Source: Trichomonas gallinae
Taxonomy: Eukaryota
NCBI GenBank assembly: GCA_008369845.1
Contig: MRSU01000988.1
Coordinates: forward strand, 1-51,329
Length of the DNA stretch: 51,329 bases
Direction of reading: 5' to 3'
Made by a program: the position numbers and the translations under genes. Position 1 is the first letter of the stretch. Every line of letters begins with the position of its first letter. Shown here one piece after another: positions 31,896 to 43,354 of this stretch. Under the pieces are notes generated by a model. It searched no databases and was not told where the DNA came from. It worked only from the letters and a program-made list of their open reading frames with translations.

Positions 31896-33725
31896 TTAAA
31901 TATCATCATTATTAATAAATGCTTCATCATCAATATTGTCAATTGCCACATTATCCAGGTCATCTTGTTGATTAGGAATATCAGAAACATCTACACTAAC
32001 AACCCTATTAGGATCATAACCCTTTTCCACGATAGTGCCAATGTTTGATGATGATGAAAGCTCGAAAGAATCATCAGAACCATAGAAATTTTCGTCGTTC
32101 TTATGGACTTGTCTCCAGAGGAACAATCCCATACCTGCAATCAAGAAAAAGAGGAACAAGCCAGCTGCTGAGAAACCAATAAGGGCTGCTGCAGAAATTC
32201 CTGTCTCTTGTTTGTCAGCAACTGTATATACGATGACAATTGTCTCTTCATATGTATAAAAATTAGTGCTCACAAGAATATATGAAATTGCTCCTTTTGC
32301 ATCTCTAGTTTCCGATAATGTCTCATTTATAAGGACCAATATATCAGTTTTAGATTTGGATTCTGTTAAAGTTTTACCTTCTGGAACATAAATATTATTT
32401 GGTTTGGACTGAACTATTGGCACAGGCACAGTAATCATCGGTGTCCGCTTTGGTGAAAGAGTTGGTGGTGGTGGATCTTTCTTTGGAATTGTATTGATTT
32501 TAGTGAAAAAACTGTTTTCGTTGAAATGAATTTGTGTGTAATGTTTATGGTATGATTTTGTTGTTGGCCTCGGCAGCTTTGTCATTGGTGTCGCAGCATA
32601 AGTGTAAATTGTTGGAGCTGGAACACTTGTAGTAGAAGAGCTGGTGAGAAGTAAATTAGGATGTGCAAAAGTTATTGATTTCAAATAATTATATTGTGGA
32701 AAATCTATCATTTTAGCGCCGCATCTGATTGTACTAAATCCTCGATTAAATATTTTTACATGGTTTGTTTCAGTATGGTTATTTGTTTGATATAATACAT
32801 CATTGTATGGTGTCATGTCACCATTTGATGTCCATATAGTGTTTTTGTTAAGTAGCACATCATTGCCAAATCCCTGGATTTGGTTGCCATTGAAACAGCA
32901 GTCATTTGTTGTTAAATCACACTTTTTGTCAGATGTTGACTCAACAGTTGAGTAAATTGCTCCACCTCCTCTAACTCTAGAATATGATGTTGAATTCGAT
33001 TTAAGATATAATCTTGATGTCTTATTAAATAGATTCACATTTTCGAATTTTGGGCTCCAATTAACCCTATTGGATTCAAAATTTGATTTTACGATAAGCA
33101 CTTTTGTACACTCATCGAGTTCTAAGGCGCCAGCTTCATATTGAGCTTCATTATTTTTAAAATTGCATCTTTCAATGTAAGAATCAGGAACGGATAATAA
33201 AGATACAGCACCACCAGTATTGTCGCATTTATTTTCCTGGAAAGTACTGGAGAGTATATAAATGGAAAATGCAGAATCATCATGTTTATTACCATTGTAG
33301 TAGTAAGAGACAGCTCCGCCAAGTAAATGTGCCGTATTCGATTTGAATTCAGTATAACTAATGTAAATACTAGATGTGGTGAAAGTGATTGCTCCACCAA
33401 TTTGAGCTTTATTGGATTTAAATTCAACTTGATTTTTGCTTGTACCTTTGCATTGAAAATTGCAATAGTGAATTGAAATGGCTCCACCTGCTCCTGCATC
33501 TATTCCAGAGCCGAAACCATTACAGTTAAGAAACTTTGTCCCCTCATTTATTGTTACAAAAGATAATATTAAATCGAATTTGTTTGTAGCGATATAACTT
33601 CCGGATATTTCGGTTTCAATATTACTTTGGGTCAGTGATTCTCCATCTACTTGTTCATCATGAAATGTTGGCTCAGCATATGCCAATGAATGTTGGAGCA
33701 AAACATTCATAAGTAGCATTGTCAT
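31896..33725 (-). CDS. Polymorphic membrane protein (Pmp)-like surface protein
   Basis: Repeated FxxN and GGAI/GGAV motifs (FKSN..GGAI, FQEN..GGAV), a P/T-rich stalk, an S/T strand region, a TM and an acidic cytosolic tail. Confidence 0.85.
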   Translation of the reverse strand: MTMLLMNVLLQHSLAYAEPTFHDEQVDGESLTQSNIETEISGSYIATNKFDLILSFVTINEGTKFLNCNGFGSGIDAGAGGAISIHYCNFQCKGTSKNQVEFKSNKAQIGGAITFTTSSIYISYTEFKSNTAHLLGGAVSYYYNGNKHDDSAFSIYILSSTFQENKCDNTGGAVSLLSVPDSYIERCNFKNNEAQYEAGALELDECTKVLIVKSNFESNRVNWSPKFENVNLFNKTSRLYLKSNSTSYSRVRGGGAIYSTVESTSDKKCDLTTNDCCFNGNQIQGFGNDVLLNKNTIWTSNGDMTPYNDVLYQTNNHTETNHVKIFNRGFSTIRCGAKMIDFPQYNYLKSITFAHPNLLLTSSSTTSVPAPTIYTYAATPMTKLPRPTTKSYHKHYTQIHFNENSFFTKINTIPKKDPPPPTLSPKRTPMITVPVPIVQSKPNNIYVPEGKTLTESKSKTDILVLINETLSETRDAKGAISYILVSTNFYTYEETIVIVYTVADKQETGISAAALIGFSAAGLFLFFLIAGMGLFLWRQVHKNDENFYGSDDSFELSSSSNIGTIVEKGYDPNRVVSVDVSDIPNQQDDLDNVAIDNIDDEAFINNDDI

Positions 33726-34609
33726 TTTCTTAACTAGATTTTATTTGAAAACAGAAAAATTCAATTTTTGGTGCAAACAATGTTATACAGTAACATAAGA
33801 AGGAGCAAATAAAAAATATTCGGTTTATTTCAAAAAAATGATAGAGGTCTCAAAAAATTTGACTCATTTGTTATCAGTTGTCAATTAATGTCTAGCTATA
33901 CATAAATATAAACTCATCGCATCATGTTTTTGTCGTTTATGTCAGATTTTTTTTTTGAATTGATATAAATATCAAACGCCAGGTATCATAGAATACTATA
34001 ATGTTTTTATTTGTTTATTTCAAAAATTTATTTCAATGGTACATCATTTTTTGACTCAAACTAATAATATTTATATTTATGTTTAGTTTTTTTTTTTATT
34101 TTACATCTTGTGTCAAAAAATGGAGTGTTATATTATCATATGTATAATCATAATACATGTTTGAATAAATTTAATGAATGAAATAACGTGCTCCACTTTT
34201 TCTTCCCAATACATTATAATGTTAACTATATTAGATATTGAATATTATTTCAATTACGAAGTTTTTTTCGTTGTATTTTGATGATATTTCATCTGTATAG
34301 TTAAAAAAAATGCGCAAATACTAATTATATCGATACAGATTGTTATATTTTTTGCAATTTGATCTTTTCTCAGATGGAATTGTAATTGAAATTTCAAATC
34401 AATATTTTTCGGGTCAATAATAAATGTTTTCAAAAGTATATTCATAGCAATCATTAATCCTCGGTTTATCGCTGCTATTCATTTTATTTAAATAAAAAAT
34501 AAATTTTTGCTAAAGTATTACCATTAGATAGATTGTTTAATAGTATATTAATGCGTGGTTGTTTGTAATACATATCTGATTTGAACAATAATAAAAAAAC
34601 TAAAAATTG

Positions 34610-35040
34610 TAATAATTATTCATAAAACTATCATTTTCAACTTCAACATCGATTTCATTTTGATCAATTGGACAGCAGGAGAAGTTTCGCTCATCTGCCT
34701 TTGTAAGAAAAACAATGTTAACTTCAACGTTTATCTTTTCAACTTCTTGATATCGACATTCGTTGGTTTTTCTTTAATGGAAATAATGAAGATTTATAAA
34801 ATGCTAGAATCGTTGTTCTCAAGATCTGATATTTTATACAAGCCAGCAAGCAAGAAAAAGATGAACAAACCTGCTGTGGTAAAAGCAATCTTGCAGAACT
34901 AATCTGATAATAATGTTGATTGAAAGCAACAATATTGAAAATAAGAATTTTACTAAAGTTAGTCTTGACTACTATATATGTTATTGTGTTGTTATATGAT
35001 GTTTCTACTGTTTCAGCTGAAGCTGATTTAAGGGTTAATC
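34610..35040 (-). pseudogene. Frameshifted 3' relic of a Pmp-like paralog
   Basis: The minus-strand translation ETVETSYNNTITYIVVKTNF..ISSAR/IAFTTAGLFIFFLLAGL..EVENDSFMNN parallels ETRDAKGAISYILVSTNF..ISAAALIGFSAAGLFLFFLIAGM..IDDEAFINN of 31896-33725. Frameshift near 34890, with stops. Confidence 0.75.
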
Positions 35041-35058
35041 AAACTATTCTCGAATAAG

Positions 35059-35100
35059 ATGTCAAATTTGAAAAAATTACATGACAAATTTGACATGTAA
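35059..35100. repeat. Nested inverted repeats / near-palindrome TTACATGACAAATTTGACATGTAA
   Basis: ATGTCAAATTTG (35059-35070) pairs with CAAATTTGACAT (35085-35096). 35077-35100 is a 22/24 palindrome. Confidence 0.8.
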
Positions 35101-35115
35101 TCTATAAGTGACATA

Positions 35116-37575
35116 ATGCTATAGTCACCAATATCTGAGCCTATTGGTGGAAAATATTCCACCAATTATGAAATCCTCATTGACACAGAGTACAATATCA
35201 CCAATCTCATTATTAGAAGAGAGACAAAAACAATTTTTGGTTCAACAGCAACAGAATACGCGACAAAATCGTGTGCAGCCACATTATTAACATTTTCTTT
35301 CCAATCAGATCCTTTACTTGAAACTATTCAAAAATATGCATTTTATAATTGCTTTGTTTTAAAAACCATTGATTTACGAGAATGTAGAAATTTAAAGGCG
35401 ATATACAATAATGCGTTTGCATTTTGCACAAGTGTTACTAATATTTACCTCCCAGAAGGTTTAACTTCGATTTACGAAAATGTATTTCAACAAACAAAAA
35501 TTACTGAATTTTCTTTTCCAGAGTCCGTGAATATATTCCCTCCAAGCTGTTTCAATGATTGTCGTTCGTTAGAATCTATTAATATCCCAAACGGAAGCAA
35601 TATTTTATCATTCGGAAGATGGTGTATAGTTAGAACAAAAGTGAGTACTATTACAATACCTTCAAAAACTAATTCGATTTCAAGCAGTGCATTTGAAGCA
35701 TCATCACTATCATCAATAATTATCAGCCCTTTAAACGAAAATTACAAAATTATCAATAACGTCGTGATCATAGCAAAAACGAATGTTGCAGTTTTTTATC
35801 CACCGAAATTGACCGATGATACTTTAGATATTCCTGAAGGTGTTGTAGAAATTGGTGCAGCATCTTGTTCATATGGATCTTACAAACATATAAAAATACC
35901 ATCCACACTTAAAATAATTGGTGGCTGGTGCTTTTATAGCTCGAAAATTGTTGACGTCAACATCCCATCAAATGTTATTTCTATTTACGATAATGCTTTT
36001 TATGACTGCCAGTCTTTGAGAACTGTTAATATTGCTGAAGGCATAACTCAATTAAATACAAGCTTATTCCAATATTCTGGAGTAAGTTCCGTCAAAATTC
36101 CGTCAACTGTCAATGTAATATACGCGCAATGTTTTATTGCTTGCAGAAACTTATTAACATTAGAGTTGCCTGATGGAATACAGAGATTAACTGGTACAAT
36201 ATGCAGCCCATGGACTCAGTTGATTTTTAGCAATAAATCGAACCTGTATATATATGATCAAAAGCTTATTATTGATAAAGCCAACACAACAGTTATGCAG
36301 TACATTGGATCAAACTCCGCTATTGATATTGACATATTTTCGTCGATTAAAGTTCTGAATAATTATGTTTTCTCTGGGATGTCGAATCTCAGATCAATCA
36401 AGTTTGCTCTTAACTCATCTTTAACATCAATTCAAACTGGCTGTTTCAAGAATTGTCGCAATTTGCAGTTCATCAATTTTCCGACAAATATTTCGTTTAT
36501 TGGAAATGAAGCCTTTATGAATTGTAATATGTTGACAAGTTTTACGTCAGCAGTTCTTAATGATTTATCCGACAGTGCATTTCACAGGTGCAACTCATTA
36601 ACGACAGTTAAAATAGATGAAGCTCCAATTAAATCATTACCGACCCAAGCGTTTTTCAACTGCGTTTCTTTGACATCTATTTTGCTGCCTAATTCTCTCA
36701 CAAGTATTGGCCAGAGCTGCTTCGAAGGTTGCACAACTTTGTCGACAGTCATCTTTCCGCCAGCTTTGTCTTACTTAGGAAACAACTGTTTCATGAATTG
36801 TGCATTGACAGTTTTAGATATTTATTCATGCTCTAACCTGAAAAACATTCCTGATTTTGCATTCAGCCATAATCCTTTGTCCAATATAGTTTTCAACCCA
36901 GAGATTGTCAAAATAAGCTATGAATCATTTTCTTACACAAATATAGCAAACTTCACGACTCCTCCCTTTTTGCAAACAATTGGAAGCAGCGCGTTTAGAG
37001 ACTGCACGTCCTTGGTAAACATCACAATAACTAGTGACTCATCATTAGAATCATTTGGTTCTGGCTCTTTCAGAGGCTGTATTTCGATTGAGAAAATCGA
37101 GTGCTCGAGTTCATCATTTACGGTTTTGACTGGCGCTCTTTTCAACTCTGAGCGAAATTATCTCATTTTATATCCACCTGCCTCTGATGTCAAATATTTC
37201 TCGATGCCGGCATCAACAAATATCATCAATGACTATGCATTTTATGGATGTCTTAATTTAATTTCAGTTTTCATACCTACAAACAGCGTCACGCAAATTT
37301 CGAATAACGCGTTTGAAGGTTGCAAGAACTTGAAATGGGTAAACATACCTAAGAGTGTAACATTTATCGGTGTTAACGCTTTCTTGAACTGTAAAATGCT
37401 CAGCTGTGGACTAGAAATAGAAAACAGACAACCAACATATCTGTCTAAACTTGTCAAAGATGCAAAACTTAACAAAATATGCCTGAAAGATTGTGATGCA
37501 TGTGCCACTCCAATCTGCAGGAATGCATATACATTTAGCTGGATGTTATTCATTATGCCATTCATCATTCTTTAA
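35116..37575 (+). CDS. BspA-like (TpLRR/LRR_5) surface protein with in-frame TAG at codon 3 (pseudogene or readthrough)
   Basis: The frame is open from 35125 to 37575 with LRR_5 units (LETIQKYAFYNC, LTSIGQSCFEGCTTL). ATG CTA TAG lies at 35116-35124 in the same frame. The track's 35527 start is an internal GTG. Confidence 0.8.
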
Positions 37576-37922
37576 TTTCATTGAAACTAAAAATTTGGTT
37601 TAAATCTCTAAAATATTGATGGATCCGCATCAGCTAATTAATCTAACCAGTTTTCTGATAAAAAACATAAACACATTTAAATTGACAAAAAAAATGAGTC
37701 GTAAATTTCAAAATGTCGAGGCATAATTTTCACTAAAAAAAGACAGAGAAAATCAGCATTCAATAACAGCCAAATAACAACATGAAGTGATATGACCCAT
37801 ATTTTATAGTTCTTAATCTTCAAAAAAGCAAACTACAAAAAAATAGAAAAAATTTGAAATTATACCGATTATATTAAAATATTAAAACAAAACAAACACT
37901 TTATATAAACATTAAACAAAAA

Positions 37923-40900
37923 TCAATTAACTGGATCAGGTTCCGGTAAGCTTTCAGTTGGTTTCTTCCTGAATTTGAGAAAAAGCATTACACCCAGCAC
38001 GACAGCGACAGCAACGAGCGCAACACCCGTCACACTGGTTGCTACTATCAGTCCTTTTTCCAAACTTGTGTATTTACTTGAGTCTTCATGATGCTCAAGG
38101 AAAGCTTCAGGAATACCTTCCTCGCATGGCTGCAGCGTGACATCATTGTTGAACAGTCTTGGGTTTGCGTATTGGTTTGTCGCTTTGTAATCAGTCAGAA
38201 ATGGAAGATTGCTGATCGATCCACTAATGTAGTACTCGCCTTCATAGCAGACTGCGTAAAGATATGGGGAGTTGGCAAAGGACGCCGTGTTGACATACTT
38301 CACAGAAGAAGGAATCTTGATGACTGTCGTGCCCAAAGTTTTATCGTAAACTTTCTGATCATTAAAATAAGCGGAGTCGATGTAAGGATTTATCGCTCTC
38401 GGTCCCATAATAATAACAGAAGCTGGCGCTGTATAAGGGTTCGGCAGTGTTCCGAATGTAGTTATCATTGTGCCACTCTGCTTGTCAATCAATGCATTGT
38501 TTTCAACGGCAAATATTGGATGAGAGCCTCGAGAGAATTCGATGTTGATGTTCGGTGCACCGACGAATGCGTCACTGGAAACATCTAAAATGGAATCAGG
38601 AATCACAAGCGTTTCAATGGATGAATCCTTAAACCAGTTTACATTATTTCCGCTTTGGTCAATGCCTGGGATGTAAGTTAAACCATTACCAAGCGTCACT
38701 TTCTTCAGCGACTTGCACTTTTGGAATGCGCCATAACCAACGTTTATCGCTGTGTCTGGGACAACTATCTCTGTTATTGCAGTCAGTACGAAAGCGTAGT
38801 TGCCAATAGCCGTCAAAGTCGGCGACATCTTTATGTTACTCAATGACGTACAGCCCCAGAAGCACATGTCTGGGATGTGGCAGATTGACCCGAAGTCGAT
38901 AGTCTTCAACGAGACGCAATTCCTGAAAACATTCTGCCCGAAGTATGAGCAAATAGGAGGGAATGTGATAGAAGTCAAACCGTAGCAGTTCTCAAAGCAT
39001 GAATCGCCAATACCAAGCAATTCAGTTTCGATTGAAATGCTGCTTAAATTGAAGCAGTCGTAAAACATGTAACTAGGGAAACTCTTCTCAAAGTTGAAAG
39101 GGTCCATAAGAGCAGCATTATAAGCAGGTGCTGTCTTTATGCTGTACACGAATTCCGTGATGCTTTGGCACTCGCTGAACGCATAAGACGAGAAACTGGC
39201 GAAGTTGTTCACAACAATCTTCTTCAAACTCTGTGCGTTGGATGAAAAAGCGTAAGCGGCGACATATAAGACAGAGTCTGGTATTATATAAGTGCTTGCA
39301 GTGTTGCTTGCCAGATAATAATACATAATCGTCTTTTCTGTGTTGTAGACGACATTATCTGAAACAACAAGTTTCTTATTATCGATGAATTCGATTTCCT
39401 TGAGGGAAGTACAGTTGATGAATTCTTGAGGCAAAAACTCAGGCCACTCTGATCCAATGATTAGTTTTTGGAGCTCGTGCATATTTTGGAATGGAAAGTT
39501 TCTTACGTTAAGCTTTTTGTTGATTTGAAGGGTCTTAATCCTTGAATATGAAAAGGCTTGGTCTCTTACATAAGAAGCAGTGCCCAAATCCAAAAATTGT
39601 ATCGGACCAGTTGACATGAATGATGATGCTGAAATAGCATAAAGATTACTCGGTAACTCTACGTATTCCAGTGAGGTACAGTTGCAGAAGCATGAGCCTG
39701 GGATAGATGCTACTCCGCTTATGATTGCTCTCTTGAGGCCTGTGCAGCCTTGGAAAATGCCGGTGGCAAGAGCTGTGCTAACGTTAATCGATTCGATGGA
39801 CTTGCATCCGAGGAAATTGTAGTTGCTAACACTGTACTCTTTTGGTATATCAGTTATTTTGATTTTTAGGCAGTACATGAAGGAATAACTCAGAAGATAA
39901 AGCTTAGGATTCCATTGTGGAATTACTAAGTTCTCACAGAATGCAAAAGCATATGAGCTGATTTGTGTGACCTTTGATAAATCGAATGTTTCGAGTTTGC
40001 CGCACATATAGAAAGCGTAGCTGTCAATGGAAACAAGCTGCGGTGATGCAAAAGATCTAAGGTTGATGCATGACCTGCAGAAACTTTGAGGAACATTGGT
40101 AACGTTGACAATGAGTTTTTCTAAGTTCATGCACTCAGAGAACATGTATCTGTTGATGACGTAATTGTTTGGAACAGATACAAATCTTAGCTCTCTGCAC
40201 CTATAGAAGGCGTACTTTCCGATTGTGCACTGTGTGACATCTAAGCTAAACACGATTTTCGATATCATGCTTTGTGCGAAAGCGTAGTCGCCTATTGATG
40301 TGATTTTTTCTGTTAAAGTGAGTGTTATAAGTCCAGAGCCCTGAAACGCAGAATCTTGTATAGTTGTAATTGTGTCAAAGGGAAAACTGGCAAGTTTTAT
40401 GCAATATTCAAAGCTAGATTTGCCTAAAACTTGTACGCTTGACCCGATGACAATTTCAGTAAGTGCACTGCAGCGAGCGGCAAAGGACTGGCCTATTTGA
40501 AAGAGATTTTGGCCAATTTCAATTTTTTCAAGAGCTGAACCTTCAAAAACTGACTTTCCGAGTGTGGAAATCTTTGTAAGTTTGACGGATATTAAATTAT
40601 AGCACTCGTAAAACGCATTATCTTCGATTGATTCAACACTGTCGAGATTTATTGACTTTAAACTTGAGTCTTTAAAGCAATTGGCACCTATAGAATATAT
40701 ATTTGTGCTAAGAGCAACTGCTTTGATGTTTGATCCGCCTGCAAATAGCGAATCTGGGAGAGATCTTAAATTCGTTGCTTGAAATTGTACTGAATAAACA
40801 CGTTTAAAATAGTCGTATGCAGTTAAATTCGTAATTTCATTACCGGATATCGTAAGCGTGTTGATATTATTTGCAGCAATTAGATAACTGATTTTCTTTG

Positions 40901-41015
40901 TGTCCTTTAAATCATCAGGCTTCGATATAATCAGCTCCTTCCCATTGATGACGGGTTCAGACTCCATTAAAACGGGCCGATTCAATAAGGACGAAAAAAA
41001 CAGAAATCTATTCAT
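37923..41015 (-). CDS. BspA-like (TpLRR/LRR_5) type I membrane protein
   Basis: Many IxxxAFxxCxxL repeats, a C-terminal TM (GLIVATSVTGVALVAVAVVLGVMLFL) and KFRKK. The first ATG is at 41015 (MNRFLFF..). Confidence 0.93.
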   Translation of the reverse strand: MNRFLFFSSLLNRPVLMESEPVINGKELIISKPDDLKDTKKISYLIAANNINTLTISGNEITNLTAYDYFKRVYSVQFQATNLRSLPDSLFAGGSNIKAVALSTNIYSIGANCFKDSSLKSINLDSVESIEDNAFYECYNLISVKLTKISTLGKSVFEGSALEKIEIGQNLFQIGQSFAARCSALTEIVIGSSVQVLGKSSFEYCIKLASFPFDTITTIQDSAFQGSGLITLTLTEKITSIGDYAFAQSMISKIVFSLDVTQCTIGKYAFYRCRELRFVSVPNNYVINRYMFSECMNLEKLIVNVTNVPQSFCRSCINLRSFASPQLVSIDSYAFYMCGKLETFDLSKVTQISSYAFAFCENLVIPQWNPKLYLLSYSFMYCLKIKITDIPKEYSVSNYNFLGCKSIESINVSTALATGIFQGCTGLKRAIISGVASIPGSCFCNCTSLEYVELPSNLYAISASSFMSTGPIQFLDLGTASYVRDQAFSYSRIKTLQINKKLNVRNFPFQNMHELQKLIIGSEWPEFLPQEFINCTSLKEIEFIDNKKLVVSDNVVYNTEKTIMYYYLASNTASTYIIPDSVLYVAAYAFSSNAQSLKKIVVNNFASFSSYAFSECQSITEFVYSIKTAPAYNAALMDPFNFEKSFPSYMFYDCFNLSSISIETELLGIGDSCFENCYGLTSITFPPICSYFGQNVFRNCVSLKTIDFGSICHIPDMCFWGCTSLSNIKMSPTLTAIGNYAFVLTAITEIVVPDTAINVGYGAFQKCKSLKKVTLGNGLTYIPGIDQSGNNVNWFKDSSIETLVIPDSILDVSSDAFVGAPNINIEFSRGSHPIFAVENNALIDKQSGTMITTFGTLPNPYTAPASVIIMGPRAINPYIDSAYFNDQKVYDKTLGTTVIKIPSSVKYVNTASFANSPYLYAVCYEGEYYISGSISNLPFLTDYKATNQYANPRLFNNDVTLQPCEEGIPEAFLEHHEDSSKYTSLEKGLIVATSVTGVALVAVAVVLGVMLFLKFRKKPTESLPEPDPVN

Positions 41016-42189
41016 GCAAAAAAAAAAATTTCCTTGGCACGTAAACAATAATTTATCTGTCACTTTTTGTATGATTAAAATCTCAAATTATTGATGTATA
41101 ATGATAAAAATTGATATCGAGATTTAAATTTTTGAATGAAATGAACGTTAAACCGCTAGGCACGTTTATCTGTCATGTAATTTAAATTATATTGTCGTGT
41201 AAAGTGCAAAATTTGATGAATAAACAATGAGATCTTAATCTGTTAGAATTCAATAGTGTAATCCTTTGACATTATATATACCAATTCTCATCTTAATATT
41301 TTTAATAAATTCCTTGCTGATGTTTAATCGATATTCACCATCAATTTATAATATAATAGTAAAGAAAGATATTACATGATATTGAATCTGAATACGGATT
41401 CGCTTTCAAATGATATTTGATATATTTTTACTCTATAAATCAGACCCATGACAAATATAATCATTGAATAAGCATGCTATATTGTTTTAATAAACATATC
41501 ACGTATGCGGTGACGAACGGTAAGGTTTTTGAACATTCACAAATATTTACATGTTCTACACCATCAAGGTACTTGATTTTATTCATATTTTGGTAAACAG
41601 ATTGGAATCAAATGGTCTGTGAATGTTTTAATGGCTCATAAAAAAAAAATATGACAAAACATAGTTTATTGAGCTCTTACTTACATGGAGGGTTCGGAAT
41701 TTAGCAAAATATTGGTTTATCCTAAAGCATATTGAATTTTCATTGAATCAGATATTGTTCTTTTTATATTAATTGAGTAAATAGAAATGATATTTATGCA
41801 ATTGATGCTAAGTATTAAATATTATCATATTCATAATTCATCTGTTTAAGAGATATTCTATGAATGAAATTTAACATCAAGCTTGTAATGTTGATTTTAT
41901 CGGGCATAATGCTGATGTATCGAATTTATTTTATTACTCTACCTAAAAGAATCTTCATTGATATTTCATTCGCTGCAAATTATATCCCAATAGAAACAAA
42001 AATGAAGATAGAGCATAATTATTCTATATATCGACTAAATTTTCATAATAAAGCGGTTTCATTAATGCTCATAATGTATTATAGTTTCAATTATATAGTT
42101 GCATATTCAAAGCATGCGAAAATTCCAATCCTTAAGAATCTAATGTCATATAATAGTTTACATTATAGGTTTTCAACATATGAAATGAT

Positions 42190-42600
42190 AAAAAATAAGA
42201 TAATGGAACTCATATTGGCGTATTCAGTTAAAAATGAATTGAAGCAATAATCACTATTCAATATTAATTTGTTATTGATATTGCTTCTAAACAGTGGTGA
42301 ACCATGAGAATATTTGTTGTTTTCGATGAAAAAATTATGAAATTTGGGAAATAAAGGAGATTTTTGGATAATATTTCAGTATAATGCATTTATATGAAGG
42401 ATTATGTTAGATTCTGCATTTATTGACCATAAAATCACTGCTCAATATAATCTGGTTAATTTAGGATGAAATCATGAGGAAACTTAAGAAATCGACGATA
42501 TTCATGATAGAAATATATGTTTTCAGGTTGAAAATGATGGATATCTGTGATCGGTGTGATTGTATTTTTCCCATCGAAATTTTGTTATGGTTTTAAAGAG
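42190..42600 (+). pseudogene. Highly degraded DUF3447/ankyrin gene relic
   Basis: Collinear short matches to 4794-5690: tcagttaaa..gaagc..aatca.tatt.aatat (SVK..), ttcgat (VFD), ggatgaaatcatgag (~GGNLE) and atctgtga (ICD). Many stops. Confidence 0.35.
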
Positions 42601-43354
42601 ATGGATGAAATTACCCTATATCACGAAAATAAATCAATTGAATGTGGGTGATTATTCAATTGTGATACGAATATAAAACAAAAATCAATATTATTAGGCT
42701 CTATATAATAACTTTAGATATCGAATAACTATGGCATAAAATTTCAACATTCAAAATAAATTTTTTGAAGAATATTGGTAAGAATCATATATGGATCAAC
42801 ATTGTTATTTGTTTGAACAATTTTTTTGAATGAATCTCATGAAGCAAAAGATTTTCAAAAGCGAAAAAGTAAATGAACAATTCTTTATAAAATCAATCAT
42901 ATTAAAATGCACAATCAAAAGGCTTCATATGGAGAAAATTTGATCAATTAAAACAAAACTTTGATATTCAGCTCCATTTGTTTCAGATATTTGTATAACA
43001 TGACTTCCTTAGATTCAAAAGGAAAATTGAAAATCATTCAAATTATTGAATTTTCTATAATAGAAATCTGAACTTTCGTTATTTATCAATATATCTTCAA
43101 TAGTGTAATAATATTTTAAAATAATAATCTAAAAGCTAAAGAAATATCTCGGAATTAAATTTATATATGCTTCTAAGATTAAAATATATTCATTCTTGTG
43201 TATTTCCTAATCTTCTATACACGTTTCATCGGAATATATAGAAAAATTGAGATTGATTTTAGCCAAATTCAGTGATTTTAGCCTGTATGAATATAAATAT
43301 TTATTAATTTGAATAGAAAAAGCATTTACTTAAACAATTCATGATCATAATGAC

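Noticed and set aside
34660..34902. 80-aa plus-strand ORF
   Set aside because: Antisense to the Pmp-like relic and starts with TTG.
41864..42250. 128-aa ORF
   Set aside because: I/K/N/Y-rich translation of AT-rich DNA. Its end overlaps the suspected relic.
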